Origin: Azolla caroliniana
Lineage: Eukaryota; Plantae; Polypodiophyta
DNA: 64,000 nucleotides
Direction: 5' to 3'
Assembly (NCBI GenBank): GCA_043228905.1
Contig: JBHGNT010000047.1
Location: 130,183 to 194,182, forward strand
Position numbers and translations under genes: made by a program. This document shows positions 60,601 through 64,000 of this stretch, piece by piece. Position 1 is the first letter of the stretch. Each line of letters opens with the position of its first letter. The notes below the pieces were generated by a model that was not told the origin of the DNA, did not search any database, and worked only from the letters and a program-made list of their open reading frames with translations.

Positions 60601-63600
60601 TGCGAATCGAAGCTAACAACGCTAGCTATGATATGGAATTAAAATATGAAGATTTTGAAACTCAGATCGAGAGACATGATGAAATTTGCAACCTTGACAA
60701 GGGAGTTGAGAGGAGCGCTTGAGCAAATTAAAATGTTCATACCTCGCTCGTGTGATATCGGATTTTTGTGTTCAAACATGCGAATCAAAGCTAACAGCGC
60801 TAGGTATGATATGGAATTAAAAAATCAAGATTTTGAAACTCAGGTCGAGAGACATGACGAAATTAGCAACCTTGACAAGGGAGTTGAGAGGAGCCCTAGA
60901 GTAAATTAAAATATTCATACCTGGCTCGTGTCATATCGGATTTATGTGTTCAAACATGCGAATCGAAGCTAACAACGCTAGCTATGATATGGAATTAAAA
61001 AATCAAGATTTTGAAACTCAGGTCGAGAGACATGACGAAAATAGCAAACTTGAGGAGGGAGTTGAGAGGAGCCTTTGAGCAAATTAAAATGTTCATACCT
61101 GGCTCCTGTGATATCGGATTTATATGTTCAAACATGCGAATCGAAGCTAACAACGCTAGCTATGATATGGAATTCAAAAATCAAGATTATGGACCTCAGG
61201 TCGAGAGACATGACAAAATTACCAAATTTGAGGTGTGAGTTGAGAAGAGCTAGTAGGTAAATTTAAATGTTCATACCTGGCTCGTGTCATATCGGATTTA
61301 TGTGTTCAAACATGCGAATCGAAGCTAACAACACTAGCTATGATATCGAATTAAAAATTCAAGATTTTGAAACTCAGGTCGAGAGACATGACGTAAATAG
61401 CAAACTTGAGGAGGGAGTTGAGAAGAGCTAGTAGGTAAATTTAAAAGTTCATACCGAGCGATTGTGATATCGGATTTTTGTGTTCAAACATGCGAATCGA
61501 AGCTAAAACGCTAGCTATGATATGGAATTAAAAAGTCAAGATTTTGAAACTCAGGTCGAGAGACATGACGAAAATAGCAACCTTGACAAGGGAGTTGAGA
61601 GGAGCCCTTGAGTAAATTAAAATGTTCATACCTGGCTCGTGTGATATCGGATTTATGTGTTCAAACATGCCAATCGAAGCTAACAACGCTAGTTATGATA
61701 TGGAATTAAAAAATCAAGATTTTGAAACTCATGTCAAGAGTCATGAAGAAATTACCAAATTGGAGGAGTGAGTTGAGAAGAGCTAGTAGGTAAATTTAAA
61801 TGTTCATACCTGGCGACTGACTGTGATATCGGATTTTTATGTTCAAACATGCGAATCGAAGCTAACAACGCAAGCTATGATATGGAATTAAAAAATCAAG
61901 GTTTTGAAACTCGGATCGAGAGACATGATGAAATTAGCAACCTTGACAAGGGAGTTGAGAGGAGCCCTTGAGTAAATTAAAATGTTCATACCTGGCTCGT
62001 GTAATATCGGATTTATGTGTTCAAACATGCGAATCCAAGCTACCAACGCTAGCCATGATATGGAATTAAAAAATAAAGATTTTGAAACTCAGGTCGAGAG
62101 ACATGACGAAATTACCAAATTTGAGGTGTGAGTTGAGAAGAGCTAGTAGGTAAATTAAAATGTTCATACCTGGCTCGTGTCATATCGGATTTATGTGTTC
62201 AAACATGCGAATCAAAGCTAACAACGCTAGCTATGATATGGAATTAAAAATTCAAGATTTTGAAACTCAGGTCGAGAGACATGACGAAATTAGCAACCTT
62301 GACAAGGGAGTTGAGAGGAGCCCTTGAGTAAATTAAAATGTTCATACCTGGCTCCTGTGATATCGGATTTATGTGTTCAAACATGCGAATCGAAGCTAAC
62401 AACGCTAGCTATGATATGGAATTAAAATATGAAGATTTTGAAACTCAGATCGAGAGACATGATGAAATTTGCAACCTTGACAAGGGAGTTGAGAGGAGCG
62501 CTTGAGCAAATTAAAATGTTCATACCTCGCTCGTGTGATATCGGATTTTTGTGTTCAAACATGCGAATCAAAGCTAACAGCGCTAGGTATGATATGGAAT
62601 TAAAAAATCAAGATTTTGAAACTCAGGTCGAGAGACATGACGAAATTAGCAACCTTGACAAGGGAGTTGAGAGGAGCCCTAGAGTAAATTAAAATATTCA
62701 TACCTGGCTCGTGTCATATCGGATTTATGTGTTCAAACATGCGAATCGAAGCTAACAACGCTAGCTATGATATGGAATTAAAAAATCAAGATTTTGAAAC
62801 TCAGGTCGAGAGACATGACGAAAATAGCAAACTTGAGGAGGGAGTTGAGAGGAGCCTTTGAGCAAATTAAAATGTTCATACCTGGCTCCTGTGATATCGG
62901 ATTTATATGTTCAAACATGCGAATCGAAGCTAACAACGCTAGCTATGATATGGAATTCAAAAATCAAGATTATGGACCTCAGGTCGAGAGACATGACAAA
63001 ATTACCAAATTTGAGGTGTGAGTTGAGAAGAGCTAGTAGGTAAATTTAAATGTTCATACCTGGCTCGTGTCATATCGGATTTATGTGTTCAAACATGCGA
63101 ATCGAAGCTAACAACACTAGCTATGATATCGAATTAAAAATTCAAGATTTTGAAACTCAGGTCGAGAGACATGACGTAAATAGCAAACTTGAGGAGGGAG
63201 TTGAGAAGAGCTAGTAGGTAAATTTAAAAGTTCATACCGAGCGATTGTGATATCGGATTTTTGTGTTCAAACATGCGAATCGAAGCTAAAACGCTAGCTA
63301 TGATATGGAATTAAAAAGTCAAGATTTTGAAACTCAGGTCGAGAGACATGACGAAAATAGCAACCTTGACAAGGGAGTTGAGAGGAGCCCTTGAGTAAAT
63401 TAAAATGTTCATACCTGGCTCGTGTGATATCGGATTTATGTGTTCAAACATGCCAATCGAAGCTAACAACGCTAGTTATGATATGGAATTAAAAAATCAA
63501 GATTTTGAAACTCATGTCAAGAGTCATGAAGAAATTACCAAATTGGAGGAGTGAGTTGAGAAGAGCTAGTAGGTAAATTTAAATGTTCATACCTGGCGAC

Positions 63601-64000
63601 TGACTGTGATATCGGATTTTTATGTTCAAACATGCGAATCGAAGCTAACAACGCAAGCTATGATATGGAATTAAAAAATCAAGGTTTTGAAACTCGGATC
63701 GAGAGACATGATGAAATTAGCAACCTTGACAAGGGAGTTGAGAGGAGCCCTTGAGTAAATTAAAATGTTCATACCTGGCTCGTGTAATATCGGATTTATG
63801 TGTTCAAACATGCGAATCCAAGCTACCAACGCTAGCCATGATATGGAATTAAAAAATAAAGATTTTGAAACTCAGGTCGAGAGACATGACGAAATTACCA
63901 AATTTGAGGTGTGAGTTGAGAAGAGCTAGTAGGTAAATTAAAATGTTCATACCTGGCTCGTGTCATATCGGATTTATGTGTTCAAACATGCGAATCAAAG
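51700..64000 (+). repeat. Higher-order repeat: 10 monomers, 1783-bp period, about 6.9 near-identical copies
   Basis: Near-identical ORF-track entries at 53514, 55297, 57080, 58863, 60646 and 62429 (step 1783). 1783 = 10x178 + 4 (GACT duplication in GGCGACTGACTGTG) - 1 (GAAGCTAAAACG). Confidence 0.96.

Larger units (their letters stand above)
12900..64000 (+). repeat. 178-bp tandem satellite array, right of the retrotransposon; continues beyond the window
   Basis: Same monomer and orientation. It resumes in register after the second TSD copy (GGAGT-AAATTAAAATGTTCATACC). Confidence 0.97.

Noticed and set aside
298-63043. About 100 short 60-93 aa ORFs (MKLRSRD..., MFIPGSCD..., MLASIRMF...) resembling a gene family
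   Set aside because: They are translations of the 178-bp satellite, appearing wherever a SNP removes a stop. Many start at TTG and there is no gene structure.
1-64000. CRISPR-like array (conserved repeat plus variable segment)
   Set aside because: The variable segments are a few recurring homologous alleles rather than unique spacers, the period is 178 bp, there are no cas genes, and the context is eukaryotic.
1-64000. Identification as Arabidopsis CEN178/CEN180
   Set aside because: The length matches but I see no sequence resemblance to that repeat. The species cannot be assigned without a search.

Overview
Eukaryotic (plant-type) repetitive DNA with no host genes. About 58.5 kb of the window is a head-to-tail 178-bp satellite (about 330 monomers, about 37% GC in the consensus I read), probably centromeric or pericentromeric. 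It is interrupted once, at 7396-12899, by an intact and very young Ty1/copia LTR retrotransposon on the minus strand. The element is Tnt1/Tto1 (Tork)-like, with 693-bp LTRs differing at one base by eye, a GGAGT target-site duplication, a tRNA-iMet PBS, a PPT and one gag-pol ORF. The satellite is layered: monomer subfamilies occupy domains, and nested duplications occur at periods of 356, 712, 890, 1424, 2216, 2666, 4885 and 8704 bp. A nearly homogeneous 1783-bp 10-mer higher-order repeat fills the last 12 kb. The short ORFs in the track are artefacts of the repeat, of the LTRs, or of alternative frames and strands of gag-pol. I see no evidence of a new multi-gene system. The most interesting signals are a possibly satellite-targeting Tork element with strong CCGG enrichment, a hidden 89+89 bp substructure of the monomer, and readable recombination footprints in the higher-order repeats. 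All comparisons were made by eye.
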